Below, one piece after another: positions 47,836 through 59,369 of a stretch of 64,000 nt of DNA (its first letter is position 1; each line of letters starts with the position of its first letter). Below the pieces are notes generated by a model that was not told the origin of the DNA, ran no database searches, and saw nothing but the letters and a program-made list of their open reading frames with translations. Source of the stretch: Octopus sinensis (taxonomy: Eukaryota); assembly GCF_006345805.1 (NCBI RefSeq), contig NC_043000.1, positions 69,812,001 to 69,876,000 on the forward strand. The letters run 5' to 3'. The position numbers were made by a program, and so were the translations under genes.

Positions 47836-49682
47836 GGAGTGGCTGGTTGGTAAGTAGCTCGCTTACCAAGTGTTTGTTGGTATTTGGTTTGCTTCAATTG
47901 AACAAGGAAAGACGTGTAGCTGTATAGCTCCGTCTTTGAAAAAAGGGTTACCGTCAAGGTAAGCGATTTTGTTTTTTCTGAGCTGGGTAGAATTATTGTG
48001 TTTTATTTTTATTACATGATATTCTGCCCAGCTCTGGGGCATTTTCGCTTACTCTTGGCGGTGTTGTGATTGTGCTTGTTAACAAGCAAGTGAAGAACTT
48101 CAAAGTGAATATTTTCACTACAGTTATTTTGGAAAAAAAATTGTGCTTGCAAGCTGTGCGTGGTTTTGAACCCGGAAACGTTGAGAGTACTTTATCAGGA
48201 GGATTATCAAGGGATTTGAAGGCTTCAAGTGAGCTGAGAGTACCGTGTAACCCGAAAATTGTATTTTCTGCCGTGAGGAATTGTACAATATTTATTTATT
48301 TTTCTGAACTGCTGTCTTCTCTTTCCTTTTGCTGAACAATTTATTTGGACTAGTATTTTATATCTTCCAATTTTAGTTGAACTGTGTTTTTATTGTGTTC
48401 AAAGACTTTTTGTTGTTTTTGGTTGAGTAACTTTTTTCCTTTTTTGAACGGTGTTTTATCGACAAATGATAAAAAATAAGACCACTGCTTTGGAGTGGGA
48501 GATTGTATCACCCAAGTAGTGCAGTCGACTGGGAGTGTGCAAAGGCGACTTTGACACTGTGGACCCCAGTGGCCGCAGGTGAAATGACCTTTCCGGACCT
48601 TTTAAGAATGGCTGGATCAAGGTATCCAGTGATACTTGAGGGTCACTCGTACCTTGAGTCAGGACACATCAAGAAGGACTTCCCCCAGGGCCGTGGTAAG
48701 GTACCGGAGCAGGGAAAGGTGAAGGTGACCTCCGCTCTCCCATTGCAGGTTGAGGCCCTTCCTCGTGAGGAAGAAGTGGAACTTTTCATTTTCTACCTCA
48801 GGTGAGGGCCTGTTGAGATGTGCATGGACAGTCTTCTAGACCGAAAACGATATGACTCGGTCTGTATAGACTGTCTAAGTTGGCCTCCGCAGGTGGCTGC
48901 AGAGCTCGTCAGTCAGAAAGAAATGCGTGAGGTCTGGGAGACCTGTAATAGGGAAGATTTTGTTTTCCTCTTTCCGGGACTGCCAAAACAGGCTTTCCTG
49001 CAGGTAGCAGGAAACTTACTTGGAGGCCCGGATGAGGAAGATTAATGAAAATTGAACTTTTATCTTTTGAATCTTTGATTTTAAATTGAATTAGGGGTTA
49101 TCGGTCGGCGGGCATCGGTGCCCCTCCCATTTTTATTCATTTTTATCGTTATCATCCTCATCACATTAATGTCTTTGTCCAGCCCGTAGCTACCTAATCT
49201 GTGTACGGCTTTTATAGCCAATATAATGAAATAAGTAGCTAGCTTACCAACCACATGGTTCTGGGTTCATTCCCACTGCGTGGCACCTTGGGCAAGTGCC
49301 TTCTACTATAGCCTCGGGCCGACCAAAGCCCTGTGAGACGGAAACTGAAAGAAGCCTGTCGTACATAGGTATGTATATATATATAGGTATGTATGTATGT
49401 ATGTATGTATGTATGTATGTATGTATGTATGTATGTGTATGTATGTATGTGTGTGTGTGTATATGTTTGTGTGTCTGTGTTTGTGCCCCCAACATCGTTT
49501 AACAACCGATGGTGATGTGTTTACTGTCCCCGTAACTTAGCGGTTCGGCAAAAGAAACCGATAGAATAAGTACTAGGCTTCCAAAGAATAAGTTCTAGGG
49601 TCAATTTGCTCGACTAAAGGCGGTGCTCCAGCATGGCCAGATTGAAATGAGTGAAACAAGTAAAAGAGTAAAAGAGTAAAAA
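47836..49682 (+). mobile_element. SINE family 1 split by an insertion (head 47836-47869, remainder 49232-49682)
   Basis: Head and body join in register once the insert is removed. Confidence 0.88.
47870..49231 (+). mobile_element. Internally deleted non-LTR element (Tx1/L1-like ORF1 remnant) with 19-bp TSD
   Basis: TSD taagtagct(c/a)gcttaccaa at 47851-47869 and 49232-49250; YPVILEG..Y.ESGHIKKD.P resembles an ORF1 zinc-knuckle region; A-rich 3' end. Confidence 0.7.
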
Positions 49683-49763
49683 GAATATACCGGAGTAAGC
49701 ACATAAATGCAAGACAAAGTGGAAAAAATAATACTCGAATACCAGACGTAGAGTAATATGCAT

Positions 49764-49924
49764 TATTGAAAAGCAGCAGAAAAACCACAAAAGCTGTTAC
49801 TCAGAATGTCACGTTCCCGTTCGTCGGACAGTTTTGTTTAGAATCATTATAAATATAACTGTCAGACGAACGGTAACGTGGAACTCTAAACAGTTTTGTG
49901 ATATTTCTGCTGCCTTTCAATAAA
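49764..49924. repeat. Inverted pair of PLE pLTR stubs with degenerate hammerhead motifs
   Basis: Arms 49764-49831 (minus) and 49859-49924 (plus); cugu-c(c/a)gacga-acg-g(g/u)aa-cgu-g.. pattern. Confidence 0.6.
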
Positions 49925-49935
49925 GTATATATATA

Positions 49936-49969
<34 letters not shown>

Positions 49970-51043
49970 CGCTTGGCTGACCGGTTCGCGGAACACCTTC
50001 GTGACATCCACCTTGCGAACGACACCACCGGTCTCACGCCATTTCGCTCCACCGGTCACTCCTTGCAACACCTATCTGTGTTCGGTTGTCCTTACACAGA
50101 GGCCATCCGGATTCCCGTTTGCGCCGTGAACAGGAATTAATCTTCTCTCTTCGCTCTTATACGCCATTTGGTCTCAACTCTCCCCCCTCCTCATCTAACC
50201 CCCCTCCCCCCCTCCCCACCATCCTTCTTCCTCCCCCCCGACCCATACTTCTTCAGTCCTTAATCCTTCAACCCTACTCCCCCTAACCTTCTTCCCTCTT
50301 TCTCCCTCCCTCTTCCCCTTCCCTCTGCTCGCTCACTCCCTCTCTCCCCCTCTCCTCTTTCCTCCTTCATCCCCCTCCTCCCCTTCCTTCTCCCCATCCT
50401 CTCCTCTTCCACCTTCTCCTCCCCCTCTTATTCCCCTCCCCTTCTCCCCCCTCTTCTCCCCTCCCCCTTTCTTCCCCCCTCCCCTTCTCCTCACTACACC
50501 ACATGACTTTACACATCACATCACATATGATGTGCCATACTAATACACACACCAACTAATACATACTAATACGTACTAATACATACTAGTACATACTAAT
50601 ACTTACACCAACCCTATACATACACACGTCCAGACCCCGCATACGCACTTATACTCTCTCACACACACACACACATACCTATACATACCAATACGTACTA
50701 ATACATACTAATACATACTAATACATACACCAACCCCATACATACGCACGTCCAGACCAATCTTACGCACTAATACTCTCTCATACACAACACACAACAC
50801 ACCACACCCTTATACATACTAATACATACACCAACCCTATACATACACACATCCAGACCCCTCCCACGCACTTTTAGCTGGTCCCTCAACCCGTTATCAA
50901 CCCTATTATCTCCCCTTATTTCGCTCTCGCGTCTCATGTTTGATCTTTGACCTCTGGCCGAAATCAGATCGCCATGTTGATTCGTTAGCTACTGCACGCA
51001 TTTTTTTTCTCTCCTTCTTTCTGTGTTTTTCTCTCTCTGTGTA

Positions 51044-51081
51044 TCTTTCTGTTGAAGAGCGTAGGCTCGAAACGTTAAAGA
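51044..51081 (+). ncRNA. Minimal hammerhead motif, A6U core variant, perfect stems
   Basis: UCUUU-CUGUUGA-a-GAGC-guag-GCUC-GAA-ACGU-U-AAAGA. Confidence 0.65.
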
Positions 51082-51758
51082 CTTGTTTTATTTATATCCT
51101 GAGCGCCATACTAATACAATTGTTCGTTTGTTTTCCACCTGCCTTCGTCTTTTGTTTATTTCATAAAGCTTCCCGTTATATATTATGCGCTCACGTGGTC
51201 TCACTTTCATCCTATATTCTACCAATACCACTATCAACACTTACCTCTACCTTGGATACTTACCATTGGCTGCACCTCTCTTTCGCGGATCAAAGTGACT
51301 TTGCATTGATGTGAAATCCTTAAAAATATACCACGACGTCTAACATTTCTCACCTTGAACTTTCAACCTTGAACTTGTTCGCATAAACTGTCCGTTTGTT
51401 GTATTTTTATTTTCTCTTATATTACCACTTTTTTTACATTCATTTCATGCTTCCCACATTTTCCTGAATTTTTGTTCTCCTTTCCGTCTTTCTTCCCTCT
51501 CTGGATGTCCATACTCCGTTTCCTCTGCCTGCACCCCCCTTTTTTGCCTCCCCCTCTCTCTGCTTCCCTTCTTTCTTTCCCTTTTCCGTTTGCCCGTCTT
51601 TTCTGCCCTATCGCTTACTTATCTAGTTTTTTCATACGATTATTTTTTTTTGTTTTTTCCCCTTTTTCACTATCCTTTTTTTCTATTTTTTCATACGATA
51701 ATTTTGTTTTTTTGTTTTTTTGTTTTTTCGAACGTTTTTTTTTTTCTGCTATCCCATC

Positions 51759-54650
51759 ATGCCGGATCCTAGGTCCTACCTCCTCACCCTCCATCGCCGT
51801 TTGAAGGATCATCTACGTTCGCTTCCTGTATATTGCCTTCAGCCGTCTGTTAATCTCTCTCTACTTCTTTTTAAAAAAACCCGCTTCTCTCGCCATGTCT
51901 CTTTCCTAAGCCGCTGCCTACATCACCGACTCATCCCTAAAGGTTTCCGCCTCCACTTCCACCCTGCTCTCCACTCGGATTCTTCCATCTTACCCATACT
52001 CCGCACCACATCTTACCGCCTTATGCGGGCCACCATTCGCTCCAATCTCTCTAAACTACATCATCAACCGCCTTCTTCCTCCTGCTTTCTCCACCTTCTT
52101 CTCCTCTCTGCCGCCTCTCTATGCTCCAAACACGCTACGCTTCATTATCCATTTGAATCAACTCTTCCATCAATTTCTTTCTGATACCAAACTTCGTAAA
52201 CTCCAATCACACTTCCATTCCACCCTACCCGACGCCACTACCCCAACTCCTCCACCACCCTTCTCCCCTCCCGATAGGCTCCATCCACCCACACCTAACC
52301 CCACTGCCCCTCCCTACAACCCCTTCTCCCCTCCCGTTAGGCTCCATCCACCTACACCTAACCCTACTGCCCCGCCCAACCACCCCACAAACCTCCCCAA
52401 TCCCTCCCCCTCAGACCTCCACGAGACCTACCACCCCTCCTACTTCTATTCCACCCACCCCTTCTCCACTTCCGTCTGTTGTTACCATTCCCCCGATCTT
52501 CCCCTCTCTGCGGCTGAACGCTCCGTCCTTGGTAGGGGTCTGCGTTTCATCCCCCTCACTCCATCCTGTAAGGAATTCCAGACGCGAGTTGATGTCCACA
52601 GCTTTGTGCGCCGTGTCCGGTTGGGTGCGCATTACACGACTCGCCACCCACACCCCACGAAGAGGACGACTGCTTCGCTGGCCTGGGCCGCCGACAATCC
52701 CCGTGGACGCCTGCTCCTGGCCAGAATCCTAGCAGTGGATCTTTTCGCGGGCGCTTGTCAGCGTGCATTGGAGCGGTTCAACTTCTCCAGGCGCCAACGC
52801 CGCCTCAACATCTCCCCGGCTGAGCTCTTGGCTCTTCGTTCCTCCAACGGCGCGCTGACATTATCATCAAACCGGCTGACAAGGGTGGAGCTGTAGTGGT
52901 GGTGGCGCGCGGACCTCTATAGGGCGAGGCTTTCCGCCAACTCAATGACACCTCCTTTTATTCCCCTCTGCCCTCTAACCCCACACGTAGCTACCAACAG
53001 ACGGTATCCTCTATCGTCCAAGACCTCATCTCGTCCTCCGTCTCCCCCGCACCGCATCCAACCTAATTGTGCGAACCCCACGTACCCCCACATTTACTTC
53101 CTCCCCAAAATCCACAAACCCAACAACCCTGGCCGCCCCATCGTCTCCGCCTGTAAACTGCCCCACGGAGCTCATCTCTAAATACCTTGACCGTGTCCTT
53201 GCCCCCCTAGTGGCATCTCTTCCCTCCCACATCCACGATACCAACCATGCTCTCCGGCTTTTCAACTCTTTCTCCTTTCCTCCCGGCTCCTCCAAAATCC
53301 TTTTTACTATGGACATCCAAAGCCTCTATACTGTTATCCCTCACCACGAAGGACTGCAGGCCCTTCGACACTTTCTTGACCTCCGCTCTAACCCTGTACC
53401 TGACACCTCCACACTCATTCGTCTGGCCGAACTTGTCCTTACTCTGAACTGCTTCTCGTTCGCGGGCGAGTTCTACCATCAGGTCTCGGGAGTGGCCATG
53501 GGAACGCGAATGGGCCCCAACTATGCGAACCTGTTCGTTGGCTATGTTGAGGCCCAAATATTCTCTAATTTCACTGGTCCCACTCCTGAACTATATGGTC
53601 GTTATATTGACGACATTATCGGTGCCACCTCACTCTCCCGCGAACATCTAGATCCTTCCTCTCTTTCGTCCAATCTTTCCATCCAGCCCTCCACTTCACT
53701 TCCACTATCTCCAACACCTCTGTCTCCTTCCTCGACATTTCGGTTAGCATTCTTCACTCCACTCTTACCACCTCCATTCACTACAAACACACAGACTCAC
53801 ACTCATACCTCAACTTCTCTTCCTCCCACCCAGAACACACCAAGCTTTCCATCCCCTATTCCCAATTCCTCCGTCTACGTAGGCTCTGTAGTGACGACCA
53901 TGACTTTGAGACTCAGTCTCAACGTATGGCTCACCACTTCACCCTACGTGGATACCCCTCACCACTATCACACCGCCCTTGCCAGAGCACGGTCCGTGGA
54001 CCGTGTATCTGCTCTCTCTCCCCGAACCCGCCCTGTAGTCTCCCGCCTCCCTTTTCCCCTCACTTACCACCCCACGACCCTACGTCTCCAACGCACCATT
54101 CTTCGAGCTTTCCGTCATCTCCAGTCCGACCCGTCCACTTCACACCTCTTCCCTAACCGACCCCTCCCCTCTTTCAAACGAGCCCACAACCTTCGAGACC
54201 TTTTGGTCCATAGCTCCTTCCCTGACCCTACCTCCCAACCCGGCTCGTTCCCCTGCTCCCGCCCACGTTGCCGCACTTGCCCTTACCTCTCCAACACCAC
54301 CCGCCTCACTAGCACCCACCATCGACCCTATCCCATCATCCACCTGCACCTCCAGCAATATTATCTATTGCATCTCTTGCTCTCTCTGCAATTCCTTGTA
54401 CATCGGACAAACGGGACGCCGCTTGGCTGACCGGTTCGCGGAACACCTTCGTGACATCCACCTTGCGAACGACACACCGGTCTCACGCCATTTCCGCTCC
54501 ACCGGTCACTCCTTGCAACACCTATCTGTGTTCGGTTTGTCCTTACACAGAGGCCATCCGGATTCCCGTTTGCGCCGTGAACAGGAATTAATCTTCTCTC
54601 TTCGCTCTTATACGCCATTTGGTCTCAACTCTCCCCCCCTCCTCATCTAA
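51759..54650 (+). pseudogene. PLE (probably Neptune-group) RT + GIY-YIG ORF, frameshifted
   Basis: RH..FLSRC....LIPKGF, LGRGL.FIP, ADKGG (frameshifted), PKIHKP..PGRPIVS, MDI.SLYT.IPH, GVAMGT.MGP.YANLF, RYIDD, C.RPRCRTC, YIGQTGRRLA.RF.EH. Confidence 0.9.
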
Positions 54651-55617
54651 CCCCCTCTCCCCCTCCTCACCTATCCTTTCTCCCCCCGACCCACTTCTTC
54701 AGTCCTTCATCCTTTCACCCCTACTCCCCTTCCCTTCTTCCCTCTTTCTCCCTCCCTCTTCCCCTTCCCTCTGCTCCCTCACTCCCTCTCTCCCCCTTCC
54801 CTCTTTCCTCCTTCATCCCCCTCCTCCCCTTCCTTCTCCCCATCCTCTCCTCTTCCCCCTTCTCTCCCTTCTTATTCCCCTCCCCTTCTCCCCCCTCTTC
54901 TCCCCCTCCCCCTCTTCTCCCCCTCCCCCTCTTCTCCTCACTACACCACATGACTTTACACATTAATCACATATGATGTGCCATACTAATACACACACCA
55001 ACTAATACATACTAATACGTACTAATACATACTAGTACATACTAATACTTACACCAACCCTATACATACACACGTCCAGACCCCGCATACGCACTTAACT
55101 CTCTCACACACACACACACACATACCTATACATACCAATACGTACTAATACATACTAATACATACTAATACATACACCAACCCCATACATACGCACGTCC
55201 AGACCAATCTTACGCACTAATACTCTCTCATACACACACACACACAACACCCTTATACATACTAATACATACACCAACCCTATACATACACACATCCAGA
55301 CCCCTCCCACGCACTTTTAGCTGGTCCCTCAACCCGTTTATCAACAACCTATTATCTCCCCTTATTTCGCTCTCGCGTCTCATGTTTGATCTTTGACCTC
55401 TGCCCGAAATCAGATCGCCATGTTGATTCGTTAGCTACTGCCGCACGCATTTTTTTTCTCCTCCTTCTCTGTGTTTTTCTCTCTCTGTGTATCTTTCTGT
55501 TGAAGAGCGTATATTTCCTGAGCGCCATACTAATACAATTGTTCGTTTGTTTTCCACCTGCCTTCGTCTTTTGTTTATTTTCATAAAGCTTCCCGTTATA
55601 TATATATAGATATATAC

Positions 55618-55753
<136 letters not shown>

Positions 55754-55755
55754 TA

Positions 55756-56273
55756 TCTATATATATTAAAACTGTAGTTGTGTGAGTGTCTGTCTCCTAC
55801 GATTTAGATTCCTAACTCCTCCCACATTTTGCGGTGCAGTTTAACCAAATTCGGGTATCTTATAGTCGTGATTAATATCGAGCCCGTCTGGCTATTAGCG
55901 CGCGTCTACGATGAGTCTACGATTTTAAAATATAATTTAACATCATTTTTTATTCCATTTTAATGCATAATTTTTCGTGTGTCGATGGCGGCGGAGTTGG
56001 CGTCCACGCTCAAACACCTGCACCTGTGTTTGCTTCTCCCCTTCTTCCCTCCCTCGTGAAGCTGTGGGGAAGGGAGTTTAAGGAAATCAACGTCGTAATG
56101 CGTTGTCAAGGAGACCAGCGTTCTTTTAGAACAAAGACTTCATTGCTTGAAGACACCAAAACAGAAATGGCTAAGAAAGCCCGAATTGGCATCTATAAAG
56201 GAAGTAACTCTCTAAAAATGCTTATATAGTATTCCCTCCCACAAACCCGAGCAACGCCGGGCGATACTGCTAG
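55756..56273 (+). mobile_element. Non-autonomous Helitron
   Basis: 5' TC after A, 3' CTAG before T, subterminal hairpin cccgagcaacgccggg; 518 bp, inserted between microsatellites. Confidence 0.8.
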
Positions 56274-56300
56274 TATATATATATATATATAGATATAGAT

Positions 56301-56373
<73 letters not shown>

Positions 56374-56776
56374 CATATATATATATATATATATACATAC
56401 ATACATATATATATATAATATATATATAAAATGAGATAGGGGTTGAAAATTCAACCCACCATGGGATAACATATATCCAATATACTGCTTGTCTATTTAC
56501 ATTTACTGTATTTTGTATAATGCCTTTACTGATATGTAATGGTGTAATAAAGTATTGATTGGGTATCATCTGATAGTTGATGTTTTATTGATTTAAGTAT
56601 GTTTCTCCATTTTCTAATTTTGTAGTTATATATATATATATTATATATATATAATATATATATATTATATACATATATAACGGGAAGGTTTACGAAAATA
56701 AACAAAAGACGAAGGCAGGTGGAGTACAAACAAACAATGGTATTAGTATGGCGCTCAGGAATAGAAATAAAACAAG

Positions 56777-56814
56777 TCTTTTACGTTTCGAGCCTACGCT
56801 CTTCGACAGAATGA
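56777..56814 (-). ncRNA. Minimal hammerhead motif, A6U core variant
   Basis: UCAUU-CUGUCGA-a-GAGC-guag-GCUC-GAA-ACGU-A-AAAGA. Confidence 0.6.
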
Positions 56815-56923
56815 TACACAGAAAAGAAACAAGGAGAGAAAAAAATGCGTGTAGGAGCTAACGATCCAACATGGCGTTCTGATTTCAGGCAGAAGTCAGA
56901 GATCAGAGGTCAGACGTCAGAAA

Positions 56924-59050
56924 TCAGACGTTAGACGCTAGAGGGATAGTAGGGGAGATGACAGGGTCAAGTGACCTCGTCCCAACATGAAGGTGCGTGT
57001 GTGTATAAGAGAGTATATAAGTGCGTGTGAAAGAGAGCTGGTGGTCTGGACGTGTGTATGTATGTATGATCTGATGTGTAATGTCGTATGGTGTAGTGTA
57101 GTGTGGTGTGATGTTGTGGGGAGGTGGGGGCGAGAGTGGGGAAAGCCCATGTGGGGTGTGGGTTCGGCTCGGGCTTGGGGTAGAGTGGGGGTTGTGGGGA
57201 GAGTGAGAGGGAGAGAGGAGAGAGAGGAGGGGAGAGGAGAGAGAGGAGGGGAGGGGAGGGGAGGGGAGGGGAGGGGAGAGAGACGAGGGGAGGGGAGAAG
57301 GGGAGGAGAAGACGAGGAGAAGAGAGAGGAGATGGGGAGGGGAGGAGGAGGAGGAGGAGGAGGAGGAGGAGGAGGAGGAGGTGGAGGGAGAGGAGAAGGA
57401 AGGAGAGGAGGAGAACGAGAGGAATGGGAAAGGAGGGGAGAGGAGAGGAGGGGAGGGGAGGGGGGGAGAGAAGGGGAGTGAGGGAGCAGAGAGAAAGAGA
57501 GAAGGGGAAGAGGGAAGAAGAAAGAAGAAGAGGGAAGAAGGGAAAGAACGGAAGAGGAGGGAAAGAGAGTAGGGGTGAAAAGATGAAGGACTGAAGAGAA
57601 GTAGGAGTTGGTGGAGGTTAGATGAAAAGTGGGGAAAGATGAGACCAAATGGCGTAAAAGAGCGAAGAGAGAAGATTAATCCCGGTTCACGGCGCAGGCG
57701 GGAATCCGGATGGCCTCTGTGCAAGGACAATCCGAACACAGACTGGTGTTGCAAGGAGTGACCGGTAGAGCGGAAATGGCGTGAGACCGGTGTGTCATTG
57801 GCAAGGCGGATGTCTCGGAGGTGTTCCGCGAACCGGTCAGCCAAGCGGCGTCCCGTTTGTCCGATGTACAGGGAATGGCAGAGAAAGCAGGAGATGCAAT
57901 AGATGATATTGCTGGAGGTGCAGGTGAAGGAGTCGATGATGCGATAGGGTTGATGATGGGTGCCAGTGAGGAGGGTGCTGTTGGAGAAGTAAGGGCAAGT
58001 GCGGCAACGTGGGCTGGAGCAGGGGAACGAGCCAGGTTGGGAGGTAGGGTCAGGGAAGAAGCTGTGGACCAAGAGGTCTCGTAGGTTATGGGCTCGTTTG
58101 AAGGAGGGAAGGGGTCGGTTAGGGAAGAGGTGTGAAGTGTACGGGTCGGACTGGAGATGCCAGAAAGCTCGAAGAATGGTGCGTTGGAGAGGTAGGGTGG
58201 TGGAGTGGTAAGTGAGGAGAAAAGGGAGGCGGGAGACTGCAGGGTAGGTTCGGGGGAGAGAGCAGATGCACGGTCTACGGAACGTGCTCTGGCAAGGGCG
58301 GTGTGAATAGTGGTGAGGGGGTATCCACGTAGGATGAAGTGGCTGAGTCTCAAAGTCATGGTCGTCACTACAGAGCCTACGTAGACGGAGGAATTGGGAA
58401 TAGGGGATGGAAAGCTTGGTGTGTTTGGGGTGGGAGGAAGAGAAGTTTAGGTATGAGTGTGAGTCTGTGTGTTTGTAGTGAATGGAGGTGGTAAGAGTGG
58501 AGTGATGAATGCTGACCAAAATTTTGAGGAAGGAGACAGAGGTGTTGGAGATAGTTGAGGTGAAGTGGAGGGCAGGATGGAAGGATTGAAAGAAAGAGAG
58601 GAAGGAATCTAGATGTTCACGGGAGGGTAAGGTGGCACCGATAATGTCGTCAATGTAACGACCGTATAGTTCGGGAGTGGGACCAGTGAAACTAGAGAAT
58701 ATTTGGGCTTCAACATAGCCAACGAAGAGGTTCGCATAGTTGGGGCCCATTCGCGTTCCCATGGCCACTCCCGAAACTTGTTGGTAGAACTCGCCCGCGA
58801 ACGAGAAGCAGTTAAGAGAAAGGACAAGTTCGGCCAGACGAATGAGTGTGGAGGTGTCGGGTTCGGGGTTGCGGTGGAGGTCGAGAAAGTGTTGAAGTGC
58901 CCGCAGTCCTTCGTGGTGAGGGATGACGGTATAGAGGCTCTGGATGTCCATTGTAAAAAGGATTTTGGAGGAGCCAGGAGGAAAGGAGAAAGAGTTGAAA
59001 AGCCGGAGAGCATGGTTGGTGTCGTGGATGTGGGAGGGAAGAGACGCCAC
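56924..59050 (-). CDS. P1 RT + GIY-YIG reading frame (708 aa open; one local compensated frameshift; low-complexity tail is probably read-through)
   Basis: MDIQSLYT, GVAMGTRMGPNYANLF, YGRYIDDII, CSSPRCRTC, NIIYCISC..C.SLYIGQTGRR. Confidence 0.8.
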   Translation of the reverse strand: MASLPSHIHDTNHALRLFNSFSFPPGSSKILFTMDIQSLYTVIPHHEGLRALQHFLDLHRNPEPDTSTLIRLAELVLSLNCFSFAGEFYQQVSGVAMGTRMGPNYANLFVGYVEAQIFSSFTGPTPELYGRYIDDIIGATLPSREHLDSFLSFFQSFHPALHFTSTISNTSVSFLKILVSIHHSTLTTSIHYKHTDSHSYLNFSSSHPKHTKLSIPYSQFLRLRRLCSDDHDFETQPLHPTWIPPHHYSHRPCQSTFRRPCICSLPRTYPAVSRLPFLLTYHSTTLPLQRTILRAFWHLQSDPYTSHLFPNRPLPSFKRAHNLRDLLVHSFFPDPTSQPGSFPCSSPRCRTCPYFSNSTLLTGTHHQPYRIIDSFTCTSSNIIYCISCFLCHSLYIGQTGRRLADRFAEHLRDIRLANDTPVSRHFRSTGHSLQHQSVFGLSLHRGHPDSRLRREPGLIFSLRSFTPFGLIFPHFSSNLHQLLLLFSPSSFHPYSLSLLFRSFPSSLFFFLLPSSPSLFLSAPSLPFSPPLPSPPLLSPPFPFLSFSSSPSFSSPSTSSSSSSSSSSSSSPPHLLSLLLVFSSPSPLPSSLSPPLPSPPLPSSLSSPLLSLLSPSHSPHNPHSTPSPSRTHTPHGLSPLSPPPPHNITPHYTTPYDITHQIIHTYTRPDHQLSFTRTYILSYTHTHLHVGTRSLDPVISPTIPLASNV

Positions 59051-59369
59051 TAGGGGGGCAAGGACACGGTCGAAGTATTTTGAGATGAGCTCCGTTTGGC
59101 AGTTACAGGCGGAGACGATGGGGCGGCCAGGGTTGTTGGTTTGTGGATTTTGGGGAGGAAGTAAATGGTGGGGGTGCGTGGGGTTCGGACAATGAGGTTG
59201 GATGCGGTGTGGGGGAGACGGGAGGACGAGATGAGGTCGTGGACAGTAGAGGATACCGTCTTGTGTCTGAAGTATGGTTGACGTATCCTTTCCCTATATA
59301 TATATATATATATACACATACATACATATATAGGGAAAGGATACTTCAACCATACTCCAGACCCAATAC

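Larger units (their letters stand above)
49970..55598 (+). mobile_element. PLE family P1 in partial-tandem form: EN 3' end + pLTR (49970-51178), then full-length ORF + pLTR (51179-55598)
   Basis: 49970-51178 duplicates 54420-55598, including the catactaata minisatellite; both end in cttcccgttata. Confidence 0.93.
56679..59261 (-). mobile_element. PLE family P1, 5'-truncated copy with pLTR
   Basis: Reverse-complement homology to ~53000-55598; ends at (TA)n. Confidence 0.93.
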
